64,000 nt of DNA. It comes from Vicinamibacterales bacterium (GTDB lineage Bacteria; Acidobacteriota; Vicinamibacteria; Vicinamibacterales; UBA2999). Each line of letters opens with the position of its first letter. The first letter of the stretch is position 1. Below are positions 49,531 through 59,567 of the stretch, one piece after another. The notes under the pieces were generated by a model. That model ran no database searches, was not told the DNA's origin, and was given only the letters and a program-made list of their open reading frames with translations. The stretch covers positions 43,095 to 107,094 of the forward strand of contig JBFWVR010000005.1 in NCBI GenBank assembly GCA_050246635.1, given 5' to 3'. Made by a program: the position numbers and the translations under genes.

Positions 49531-51168
49531 TTACTTCAGCCGATACAACCGCACGCCGTCCCGTTCCTCGATCAGTTCCAGGTCCGCGCGCCAGCCGACC
49601 GCGCGCAGGGCGTCCTCGCCGCGCTCGGCCAGGAAGGCGTCCACGTGCAGCACGACGTGGGTGACGCCGAGGGTGTGGAGGCGATAGGTCGCGGCGTCGG
49701 AGGGGAAGTGGCGCAGCACCTCGGCGTCGCGGGCATAGCGATCGGGCACGAAGCCGCTGTAGCCGTTCACGAGCGGCCTGAAGTGGATGGTTGCGGGCAG
49801 CAGGTAGCGCGCATTGCGTTCGATGGACGCCGCCGGGAACAGCGGATACTCCGCGACCACGGCGGACGGCGTGGCGGCCAGCGTCGCATAGACCGGGGAG
49901 ATGTCCGGCGGTGGCACGTAGGCCATTGGCGCACGCAGCGCTTCGAGCGTGACGAGCCCGATGAGCCCGGCGGCCATCGCGGGCCACCACGGCGTCGCGC
50001 GCCAGCGGCGCTCGAGGACGAGCGTGCCGAAGCCCGCGAGCCCGGCCATGGCCACCAGCCCGAGCCAGCCCCAGCGCGCCGCGCCGCGGATGCCCTGCAG
50101 CAGGGGGACGTGCGCGTGCAGCCACGCGTATCCCGGCAGTGCCGGGCCGAACGACAGCGCCACGCCGGCGAGGCCCACCGCCGCCAGCATGCGGGCCCGG
50201 TGGTCGCGCCACGCCAACCCACCCGCGAGCGCGACGACCGCCAGCGCGGTGACGGTGATACCCGGGAACAGCGCCGTGCGGCCCTCGAAGAACACGTGGC
50301 TCCACAGGTCGTAGTGGAGCGTGCCGGCGGTCACGAGGTAGTCCTGCCAGTGCGCGGAGTACAGGGCGACCTCCTCAATGGAGCGCGCCAGGCCCTGGTC
50401 CTGGTTCACCTCGTAGTACGGCCACAGGAACGGCGCGACGATCCCCGTGCCCAGCACGCCGGCGGTGGCGAGACCCAGCCAGGCCGCACGGCCTGCTCCC
50501 GTTGCGCGGCTCCAGGCCTCCGGACGCACCAGCGCGCCGACGACCAGTGCCGCTGCCGTGAAGACCAGCGTGTAATTGGAGCAGAGGCCCTGGAGCGCGA
50601 ACAGCAGCGCCAGCCAGGCCGCGGCGGCCCACGGCGGCCGGCGTGACGCGGCCGCGCGCGCCAGCACGGCGTCGAGCGCGGCGAGCGCCAGCGGGAAGAA
50701 CTCGACATGCAGCGCCTGCAGGTGGGGGATGCGGGTGAGCAGGTGCGCGTTGAACGCGTAGGCCGCCCCCGAGACGAGGCCGGCAGCCGTGCTGCCGGTC
50801 CAGCGGCACACGACCCGGCACATCGCCCACCCCGACAGCGTGAGCCCCGCGAGCACCAGCAGGTTGTAGACCGCGACCGGCGGGACGCCCGACCAGGTCA
50901 GCGGCGCGCCGAGCAGCGCCGGCACGATGAGGTGCTCCGAGAAGGCGAGGGCGTGCGGCGAGGGGTGGAAGATCGGCGCGTCGAAGAGATGGAGCGGCGA
51001 CGTGGCAAGGGCGTGCGCGTCCCACGACACGATCCAGGTGTTGAGCGTGGTGTCGGCGTTGTCGAGGCGCGTCAGCGATGCGGGGGCCGACGCCAGCGGC
51101 CACGTATGGAGGACCGCCAGCGCCGCGAACAGCCCTAGTTCGGCCAGTCCACGATTTCGTAGAGCCAC
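49531..51168 (-). CDS. Polytopic membrane protein, GT-C/YfhO-like glycosyltransferase candidate
   Basis: DTTLNTWIVSW, FDAPIFHP...LAFSEH, ALFPG, PLVNGYSG; many TM segments; paralog of the upstream gene; start uncertain. Confidence 0.7.
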   Translation of the reverse strand: MALRNRGLAELGLFAALAVLHTWPLASAPASLTRLDNADTTLNTWIVSWDAHALATSPLHLFDAPIFHPSPHALAFSEHLIVPALLGAPLTWSGVPPVAVYNLLVLAGLTLSGWAMCRVVCRWTGSTAAGLVSGAAYAFNAHLLTRIPHLQALHVEFFPLALAALDAVLARAAASRRPPWAAAAWLALLFALQGLCSNYTLVFTAAALVVGALVRPEAWSRATGAGRAAWLGLATAGVLGTGIVAPFLWPYYEVNQDQGLARSIEEVALYSAHWQDYLVTAGTLHYDLWSHVFFEGRTALFPGITVTALAVVALAGGLAWRDHRARMLAAVGLAGVALSFGPALPGYAWLHAHVPLLQGIRGAARWGWLGLVAMAGLAGFGTLVLERRWRATPWWPAMAAGLIGLVTLEALRAPMAYVPPPDISPVYATLAATPSAVVAEYPLFPAASIERNARYLLPATIHFRPLVNGYSGFVPDRYARDAEVLRHFPSDAATYRLHTLGVTHVVLHVDAFLAERGEDALRAVGWRADLELIEERDGVRLYRLK

Positions 51169-52829
51169 ACGTCGTCCTCCTGGACGAGCGGCCGCAGGTA
51201 CGGCGCGTACGTGTCCAGACGGTCCATCAGGCGCGCCCGCAGGCGCCGGTCGTACAGATCGAGGTGGAACACGACGTACCGGGCGCCAATCCGCGCCAGG
51301 ATGCCGAACGACTCACGCGACGGGAACGAGCTCAGGGGCACCACCGTCTCCCGGAAGTCTTCCGGGATGTGATCCGAGTAGCCATTCACGAGCGGCATCC
51401 AGTGCGCCGTCGAGTTCAGCATGTAGTACGCATGCCGCGGGAAGTCGGTCCGGCGATAGAAGTACGGGAACTCGACGACCGGGCCCGTGGGCAGCGTGGC
51501 AAGCACCTGGTAGGCGCGCGCGACGGGCTCCGCCTCACGCAGCGTGGTGAGGGGCGCCGCCATCAGCTCCGCGGCCGCGGCCACGACCAGCAGTCCGCCG
51601 ACGAGTGTTCCGCGCCGCTGGCCCCGGACGAGGTGCGCGACCGAGACGGAGGCCAGTGCCGCCAGCGAGAGCGACACCAGCAACCCCATGCGCGCCGGCG
51701 CGCGCAGGAACGAGAACACCGGGATCGTGTCGAACAGCAGCGTGTACAACCCCGCCTTCGGCCCGAACGACGCCCAGAACGCGAGGAGGGCGAGGAGGAT
51801 ATAGAACGCAGTGACGTCCCGCGTCGCACGTTCTTCGTGCCCTTCGTGCCCTTCGTGCCCTTCGGAACCTTCGTGTCCTTCGATCCGCGCCTTCTTCAGC
51901 CCCAGGATCGCCCCCCATACGCCCAGGGCGATCAAGAGGCCCCCCGGAAACAGCACCTCGTTGAATCCACCGAGCGCGCTGAGCCACCACCGGTGCGCCC
52001 AGGCGGACGAGGCCAGCCAGGCGCCGACGTCGGCGGAGTACATCCGCGCGTCGTCCAGCGTGCGCTCGAAGCCGGCGTTCTCCTGGATGCGGATGTAGGG
52101 CAGGAAGAATGGCGCGGTGAGCGCCACCGACACGAACGCCGCCAGGCCGATGCCGACCCAGTAGTCCACGCGGCGCCACAATCCGCGTGTCACGGCGAAG
52201 AAGAGCGTGGCGAGTCCAATCGTGAGCGCCGCGAAGATTCCGTAGTACGCGCACGACAGCGCCTGTGCCCAGAGCACGAGCCCGAGCCCGACAGCACGGC
52301 CGACCGTCTGCCGGTCCACGAGGCGGTGGAACGCCAGCAGGCTGAAGGGCAGGCCGGCCGTCATCAGCAACTGGATATGCGCCGTACGCGCGAAGATGTA
52401 CGGGCAGAACGCGAACAGCACGCCTGCGACGGCACCAGCCGCGCGGCTGCCGGTCAGGTAGCGCCCGAGGTAGTACCCGCCGAGGGCCGCGAGGACGAAC
52501 GCGACGAGCACCACGCTGTTGTGCGCGGTGTAAGGATTGTGCGTCGTCATCCACGCCGGGATCGCGAGGACCCCTGCGCCGAGGTTCGCCTCGGAAAACG
52601 CCAGCGCGTCCAGGTGCGGATAGAAGATGTTGGCGTCGTACACGCCCAGCGGCGCCGTCGTCAGCGCATGGGCCACCCACGCGACGTTCCAGATGCTGAG
52701 ACGCCCATCGTCGGTCTGGAGGCGTCCGAGGCGGTCGAGACCGAAGGCGAGGGGATATGTGAGGACGATGGTGAGCCCGGCCGCGAGGAGCGTGGCGACG
52801 CCCGCTTCGGCCAGCCCGCGGAGGCGCAT
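51135..52829 (-). CDS. Polytopic membrane protein, GT-C/YfhO-like glycosyltransferase candidate
   Basis: DGRLSIWNVAW, YDANIFYP...LAFSE, VLFPG, LRAPARM, PLVNGYS; contains an in-frame EGH repeat. Confidence 0.7.
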   Translation of the reverse strand: MRLRGLAEAGVATLLAAGLTIVLTYPLAFGLDRLGRLQTDDGRLSIWNVAWVAHALTTAPLGVYDANIFYPHLDALAFSEANLGAGVLAIPAWMTTHNPYTAHNSVVLVAFVLAALGGYYLGRYLTGSRAAGAVAGVLFAFCPYIFARTAHIQLLMTAGLPFSLLAFHRLVDRQTVGRAVGLGLVLWAQALSCAYYGIFAALTIGLATLFFAVTRGLWRRVDYWVGIGLAAFVSVALTAPFFLPYIRIQENAGFERTLDDARMYSADVGAWLASSAWAHRWWLSALGGFNEVLFPGGLLIALGVWGAILGLKKARIEGHEGSEGHEGHEGHEERATRDVTAFYILLALLAFWASFGPKAGLYTLLFDTIPVFSFLRAPARMGLLVSLSLAALASVSVAHLVRGQRRGTLVGGLLVVAAAAELMAAPLTTLREAEPVARAYQVLATLPTGPVVEFPYFYRRTDFPRHAYYMLNSTAHWMPLVNGYSDHIPEDFRETVVPLSSFPSRESFGILARIGARYVVFHLDLYDRRLRARLMDRLDTYAPYLRPLVQEDDVWLYEIVDWPN

Positions 52830-52846
52830 GAGACCCGTATGGTAGC

Positions 52847-53617
52847 ATGAGCACCGCCTCTCTCCGGGACCGCATGGATCGCCTTCTCGAGCTCACCTAC
52901 CACGCGGAACACGAGCATTTCTGGTTCAACGGCTTCCGTCGCTTCACCGATCCCCTGCTCGCGCAGGCGACCGGCGGGCGGCCGGTGGCACGCGTGCTCG
53001 ACGCCGGCTGTGGTACCGGGTTCAACCTCGAACGGTTCCAGGTTCATGGCCCGACGTGGGGGTTCGATCTCTCCGCCCGCGGCCTCGCATTCGCCCATGG
53101 GCGCGGACACCGCCGCATCGCCCGGGCGAGCATCGGGGCGATGCCGTTTCAATCCGGCACCTTCGACCTGGTCACCTCCTTCGACGTGCTCCAGAGCGTG
53201 CCCGAGGACGTGGAAACCGACGCGGCGCGCGAGTTCGCCCGCGTGCTGCGGTCCGGCGGGTACCTCCTCCTGAGCGTGGCGGCGCTGGAAGTGCTGCGCG
53301 GCCGCCATTCCGCATTGGCGCAGGAGCTCCGGCGCTACAGGCGGCCACGCGTGCGGCGCCTGCTCGAGGGGGCCGGGTTCGTCGTCGAGCGCCTGACCTA
53401 CACGCATGCCTCGCTGTTCCCGCTGCTCTTGCCCATCCGCACGTGGGACCGCTGGACGAGCGACGGGGAGGTGCAGGCGGCCGGTGATCAGCTGGAGGTG
53501 CCGTCGGGCCCGGTGAATGCCGGCCTGAGCGCGGTTCTCGCGGTCGAGGCCGCGCTGATGCGTGTGATCGACATGCCCTTCGGGAGCTCGGTGCTGTGCC
53601 TGGCGCGCAAACCCTGA
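52847..53617 (+). CDS. Class I SAM-dependent methyltransferase
   Basis: EHEHFWF, VLDAGCGTG, PFQSGTFDLVTSFDVL, RVLRSGG, PFGSSVLCLARK. Confidence 0.88.
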   Translation: MSTASLRDRMDRLLELTYHAEHEHFWFNGFRRFTDPLLAQATGGRPVARVLDAGCGTGFNLERFQVHGPTWGFDLSARGLAFAHGRGHRRIARASIGAMPFQSGTFDLVTSFDVLQSVPEDVETDAAREFARVLRSGGYLLLSVAALEVLRGRHSALAQELRRYRRPRVRRLLEGAGFVVERLTYTHASLFPLLLPIRTWDRWTSDGEVQAAGDQLEVPSGPVNAGLSAVLAVEAALMRVIDMPFGSSVLCLARKP

Positions 53618-56280
53618 GTCCACCGGCCTCACGCGCGGGCGGGTTGATGCTGGCAGCCCTGGCCGGCGCCTCCGCCTGGGTGTCGCTCGGTACGCTCGCT
53701 GTCACCAGCAGTGAGACCCTCACCCGTGTTGGTGCACTGCCGCCGATCTGGGTCCTGATCGGACTCGTGGCGGCCGCCGTGGCGGCCGCGCATCTCGATC
53801 GCCTCCCGACCGGGCGCGCATGGCCACTCTCGCTGACGCTGCTGCTGTGGCTGCCGTGGATGCCCGTGCGGGTGCCAGCCGCGATGCTGGTCTTCGACGG
53901 GCACGCCGAGTTGCTCGTCTGGGCCGCAGCGCTGCTCGGTGTGGCCTTCTCGGGCCCCATTGCCTGGCCCGACCGCCTGCGCAGGCTGGTCGCCGAACCC
54001 CGCCGGGCGCCCGTGGCCGCCGGGCTCGCGGCGGCGGCGTGCTTCGGCGCCGGGGCGGTGGCCATCGCGCCACAGATTCCTGCCGGCGACGAGCCGCATT
54101 ACCTCATCATCACGCAGAGCCTGCTGAAGGACGGTGACCTGCGCATCGAGAACAACCACCGTCAGGGTGACTACCTCTCGTATTTCGACGGGGCGCTTCC
54201 ACCCGACTACCTGCGCCGGGGCACCGACGGCGAGATCTACTCGATCCATGCGCCTGGAATCTCCGCGGTGGTGCTGCCTGCGTTCGCGCTCGGCGGCTAT
54301 CCGGCGGCCGTGCTGCTCGTCATCCTGCTCACGGCCGCGGGCACGGCCTTCGCGTGGCACGCCGCCTGGCTGTTGACCGGGAGTGTCGGGGCGGCGTGGT
54401 TTGGATGGGCGGCGGTCACGTTTGCCGCGCCGGTCTTCTTTCACGCGTTCACGATCTATCCCGACGGCACCGGCGCCGCGCTCGCGATGTTCGCGGCCTG
54501 GGTGCTCGTTCGCCTCGCGGTCGGGGGCGCGGCCTCCGTGGCGGCGCCGTGGCTGGCGGCGACCGGGACGGCGCTGGCACTGCTGCCGTGGCTGCACACG
54601 CGCTTCGCGCTCGTGTCCGTCGGCGTCGGGGCGGCCATCGCGCTCAGGCTCCTGGTGCGGCCCGATCGCCTGCGCGCGCTGTCGGCCTTCGCGGCCTTCC
54701 CGGCCGTGGGCGCCGCTGGGTGGTTCCTGTACTTCAGGGTGATCTACGGCACCTTCAGTCCGGCGTCGCCCTACGGCGGCTACACGCAGAGCTCGCTGGC
54801 GAATCTCTGGCCCGGGTTGCCGGGGCTGCTTGCCGACCAGCAGTTCGGCCTGTTCGCCAGCGCGCCGGCGCTCCTGGCAGGCGTCATCGGCCTCGTGCCA
54901 CTCGCGCGGCGCTATCCGCGCCTGGCGGTCGAGTTGCTGGCCGTCGGCGTGCCGTACGCGATGGCCGTGGGTTCCTATCGCATGTGGTGGGGCGGTTACA
55001 GCGCCCCGGCCCGCTTCCTCGTCGTCCTGCTGCTGCCGCTGGCCGTAGCGGCCGCGGCCGCCTGGCGCGCCGGAGGACGTGGCAGCCGCGCGGGCTTGCT
55101 CGCCTTGTTGCTGGCGAGCGTGGCGACACTGGGCGCCCGCACCTTCGTGGAGCAGGGCCGCTTCGTCTACAACAGCCGCGACGGGCGCGACCTGCTGCTC
55201 GAGTGGGGCTCGCGCCAGGTGAATCTCCCGCTGGCCTTCCCGAGCCTGCACCGCGATCCCGTGCCGCAGGCGCTTGCTGACGCGGCCGTCTGGCTGGCCG
55301 TGGCCGCGATGGGCGCTGGCGTGCTCGTGCTGCTGTCGGACAGGGGCTGGCGCCGCGGCCAGGCATGGACGGCGACGGCGTGGACCGCTGCCGTCGCGTC
55401 GATGCTCGCGATGACCATCGTCTGGTCACGTCAGCCCGGGACAGCCGTGACGGCGACATCGTCCCAGGCCGACTTCCTGCGGAACTGGAACCCGACGTTA
55501 CAGCCGCTGACGCTGAGCGTCCTGCCGACCCGCCGGGTGAGCGCCGCCGATCTGCCTCGGCGCCTGACCCTCGAGACGACGGAGCGTGGGGTGGCCGTCG
55601 GGGGCACGCGTCCGTTGTTCCAGGTGCCGCTGGTGCCCGCCGGTCGCTACGAGGTGCTCACGGATGGCCGTTCCCGCCTCTCAGGCGCGTTGGACGTCCT
55701 CGTCGGCCGGACGAGCCAGCGCCTCGACCACTGGCCGGTGGATGGCCGCCCGGGTGGCGTACCGGGGCTGACCCTCGAACTGCCGGTGCTGGTGCACTCG
55801 GTGACGATCGTGGGCGACGCGGCCGCCACCGGTGCGATCACCAGCCTCTCGCTGCGACCGCTGGAGGTCGTGCCACCGGCCGGCCGCGTCGACGATGACT
55901 ACGCCGTCCGGGCGTCGCGATATGGCACGCTACGCGTGTTCTTCATGGACGACAACGTCTTCATGGAGGCGCCGGGCTTCTGGACACGCGGTGGCGCCAC
56001 CGGTGTGGTCGTGCTCGACCCGGACGAGGGCAGCGGGCGGTCACTCCGGTTGCGCGCTGGCCCGGTGCCCGTCGTGGTGGACCTCGAAGCCGGCGACTGG
56101 CGGGAGACGCTGACGCTCCCGGCCGGCGAGGAGCGTGTCATCGATCCGCCGGCAGGCGAGGGGGGCGCCACGACCCTGTCCATCCACACCCACGACGGCT
56201 TCCGCCCGTCGGAAGTGGACGCCCGCAGCGACGACCGCCGCTTCCTCGGCGTCTGGCTGGAGCCCGCCGAGCGGAAATGA
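53596..56280 (+). CDS. Large polytopic membrane protein, GT-C-like, with a C-terminal periplasmic beta domain
   Basis: GDEPHYLIITQSLLKDGDL, YSIHAPG, LPWLHTRF, DQQFGLF, WWGGYSAPARF; true start may be about 53614-53647. Confidence 0.7.
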   Translation: MPGAQTLSPPASRAGGLMLAALAGASAWVSLGTLAVTSSETLTRVGALPPIWVLIGLVAAAVAAAHLDRLPTGRAWPLSLTLLLWLPWMPVRVPAAMLVFDGHAELLVWAAALLGVAFSGPIAWPDRLRRLVAEPRRAPVAAGLAAAACFGAGAVAIAPQIPAGDEPHYLIITQSLLKDGDLRIENNHRQGDYLSYFDGALPPDYLRRGTDGEIYSIHAPGISAVVLPAFALGGYPAAVLLVILLTAAGTAFAWHAAWLLTGSVGAAWFGWAAVTFAAPVFFHAFTIYPDGTGAALAMFAAWVLVRLAVGGAASVAAPWLAATGTALALLPWLHTRFALVSVGVGAAIALRLLVRPDRLRALSAFAAFPAVGAAGWFLYFRVIYGTFSPASPYGGYTQSSLANLWPGLPGLLADQQFGLFASAPALLAGVIGLVPLARRYPRLAVELLAVGVPYAMAVGSYRMWWGGYSAPARFLVVLLLPLAVAAAAAWRAGGRGSRAGLLALLLASVATLGARTFVEQGRFVYNSRDGRDLLLEWGSRQVNLPLAFPSLHRDPVPQALADAAVWLAVAAMGAGVLVLLSDRGWRRGQAWTATAWTAAVASMLAMTIVWSRQPGTAVTATSSQADFLRNWNPTLQPLTLSVLPTRRVSAADLPRRLTLETTERGVAVGGTRPLFQVPLVPAGRYEVLTDGRSRLSGALDVLVGRTSQRLDHWPVDGRPGGVPGLTLELPVLVHSVTIVGDAAATGAITSLSLRPLEVVPPAGRVDDDYAVRASRYGTLRVFFMDDNVFMEAPGFWTRGGATGVVVLDPDEGSGRSLRLRAGPVPVVVDLEAGDWRETLTLPAGEERVIDPPAGEGGATTLSIHTHDGFRPSEVDARSDDRRFLGVWLEPAERK

Positions 56281-56313
56281 AAAAGGGGGTCGACCGCGTG
56301 TCAGCCCCCTTTT
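56280..56313. terminator. Bidirectional terminator-like hairpin
   Basis: aaaagggggtcgac-cgcgt-gtcagccccctttt between convergent genes. Confidence 0.65.
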
Positions 56314-56354
56314 CCGCACCTCCGTGCCGCACCTTCGTGCCGCACCCCCGTCTA

Positions 56355-57173
56355 CTAAAACCTCACGATGCCCGCGTAGTACCACCCCTTGAACTTCAGG
56401 TTGCCGCTGTCGAGGTCGACGGCGTAGCTGACGTCCACCGAACGGTAGCCGACCTGGGCCCCGAAGTTGTTGGAGAAGTTCACGACGGAGTAGAAGTCGT
56501 AGTCCAGGTACCGTCCTTCGTACTCCTCGGACAGGTTGTCCGGGATCTTGAAGAACGTCACCTCGCCGCCGATGGCCAGGGCCGGCAGGACGTACCCGCG
56601 GCCGACCAGCCCGAAGGTCGGGATGGGCGCGACCTGGTTGGTGAACTCCTCGCCGATCGGGCTGTTCAGTGACACCTTCACGTCCGAGTACTTCAGGTCC
56701 GCGAGCACCCCGAGGTAGCCGCGGTCCCGGTAGATGAAGTCGTACTCGTACCCGAAGCGGTAGGTCTTGAGGTCGGCGCTGGTGGCGACGGGCAGGCCGA
56801 CGGAGTAGCGCTGGCCGTTGAACACGAACTCGCGGGTGAGCGTGGTCTCGGCCTCGTACTTGATCGGCAGGTAGTGGAACCGGAACTTGTGCCGGCGGGC
56901 GGGCCTGAGCACGAGCCGGACTTCCGGGATGCGCTTCTGCTCGACGCCGAGGTCCTCCACCAGGTCCACGTCGTCACCCACGATGCCGAGTGACTCGCTG
57001 CTGATGATCAGGAACGGCTCCGGGTTCCAGTAGGCGAAGGCCGCCTCGATGTGGAACGTCTCGCCGACCGCGGGGTCGGGCGGGGCCTGGAACTGGGCGG
57101 CCGCGGGCGCCGCGGTGCCCCAGACGATGCTGAGGACCGCCGCCGCACGGATCAGGTACACACACGTCCGCAT
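56355..57173 (-). CDS. Outer-membrane beta-barrel protein
   Basis: Signal peptide; alternating aromatic beta strands; C-terminal FKGWYYAGIVRF (BamA-type terminal Phe). Confidence 0.8.
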   Translation of the reverse strand: MRTCVYLIRAAAVLSIVWGTAAPAAAQFQAPPDPAVGETFHIEAAFAYWNPEPFLIISSESLGIVGDDVDLVEDLGVEQKRIPEVRLVLRPARRHKFRFHYLPIKYEAETTLTREFVFNGQRYSVGLPVATSADLKTYRFGYEYDFIYRDRGYLGVLADLKYSDVKVSLNSPIGEEFTNQVAPIPTFGLVGRGYVLPALAIGGEVTFFKIPDNLSEEYEGRYLDYDFYSVVNFSNNFGAQVGYRSVDVSYAVDLDSGNLKFKGWYYAGIVRF

Positions 57174-57305
57174 AGACGCCATCTCTGCCCCGGGATGTCC
57201 GATCGTTGAATTCCGCACCCGCAGGGAAACGCGGGCGTCCGGCCCTGGGGGAGGGCCGCCAGCCTGACTGGGAGGACAGGCTCAGCAAGGGTAGCACGGA
57301 CGACA

Positions 57306-57441
57306 GGGAATTCAGAATCAAGAAAACGGAATCAAGAAAGGAATTCTGAATTCGCAAGTTGGGAGGGGAGCGACCAGGGCGCTCGTGTTCTCGTCGGTGT
57401 GAATGCCCTTCTTGATTCCGTTTTCTTGATCCTCAATTCTC
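57306..57441. repeat. Long imperfect inverted repeat built from gaatcaagaaaacg units
   Basis: gggaattcagaatcaagaaaacggaatcaagaaaggaattc ... ttcttgattccgttttcttgatcctcaattctc; same unit at 63445-63548. Confidence 0.75.
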
Positions 57442-57496
57442 TGACCGTGTACGTGCGACAGGCCGGACTCAGGTCCGGCCTGTCGCGCGTATGCGG

Positions 57497-57619
57497 TCAG
57501 AGCTTGCGGGTCCGCTCCAGGACCCGTGGGTTCGCCCCTCAACAGCCGGGGGGCTCGGCGTAGGCGAGTTCGAAGAACTGCCGGACGCCGGCGAGGAACC
57601 GACGGAGCCAGTCGCGCAT
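57497..57619 (-). CDS. Candidate CstA-associated small selenoprotein MRDWLRRFLAGVRQFFELAYAEPPGCUGANPRVLERTRKL
   Basis: ATG 3 bp after the cstA stop, AGGAAGG RBS, TGT-TGA (Cys-Sec?) with TGA at 57541-57539, SECIS-like hairpin 12 nt downstream. Confidence 0.6.
57507..57526 (-). promoter_or_regulatory. Candidate bacterial SECIS element
   Basis: CGGGTCC-TGGAGC-GGACCCG: 7-bp perfect stem with a G-containing loop starting about 20 nt after the in-frame UGA. Confidence 0.55.
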
Positions 57620-57622
57620 CGT

Positions 57623-59440
<1,818 letters not shown>

Positions 59441-59567
59441 AGGGCGGGAATAATATCACCGGCCAACTCTGCCGCGTTTGTAACAGATTGTCTTTGCCGC
59501 GCCACCGTCCGCGCCGTTTTCGCGCGTTTTTCCGGGACCTGACCGCCCGCGATCGCGTCCCTCCGGA

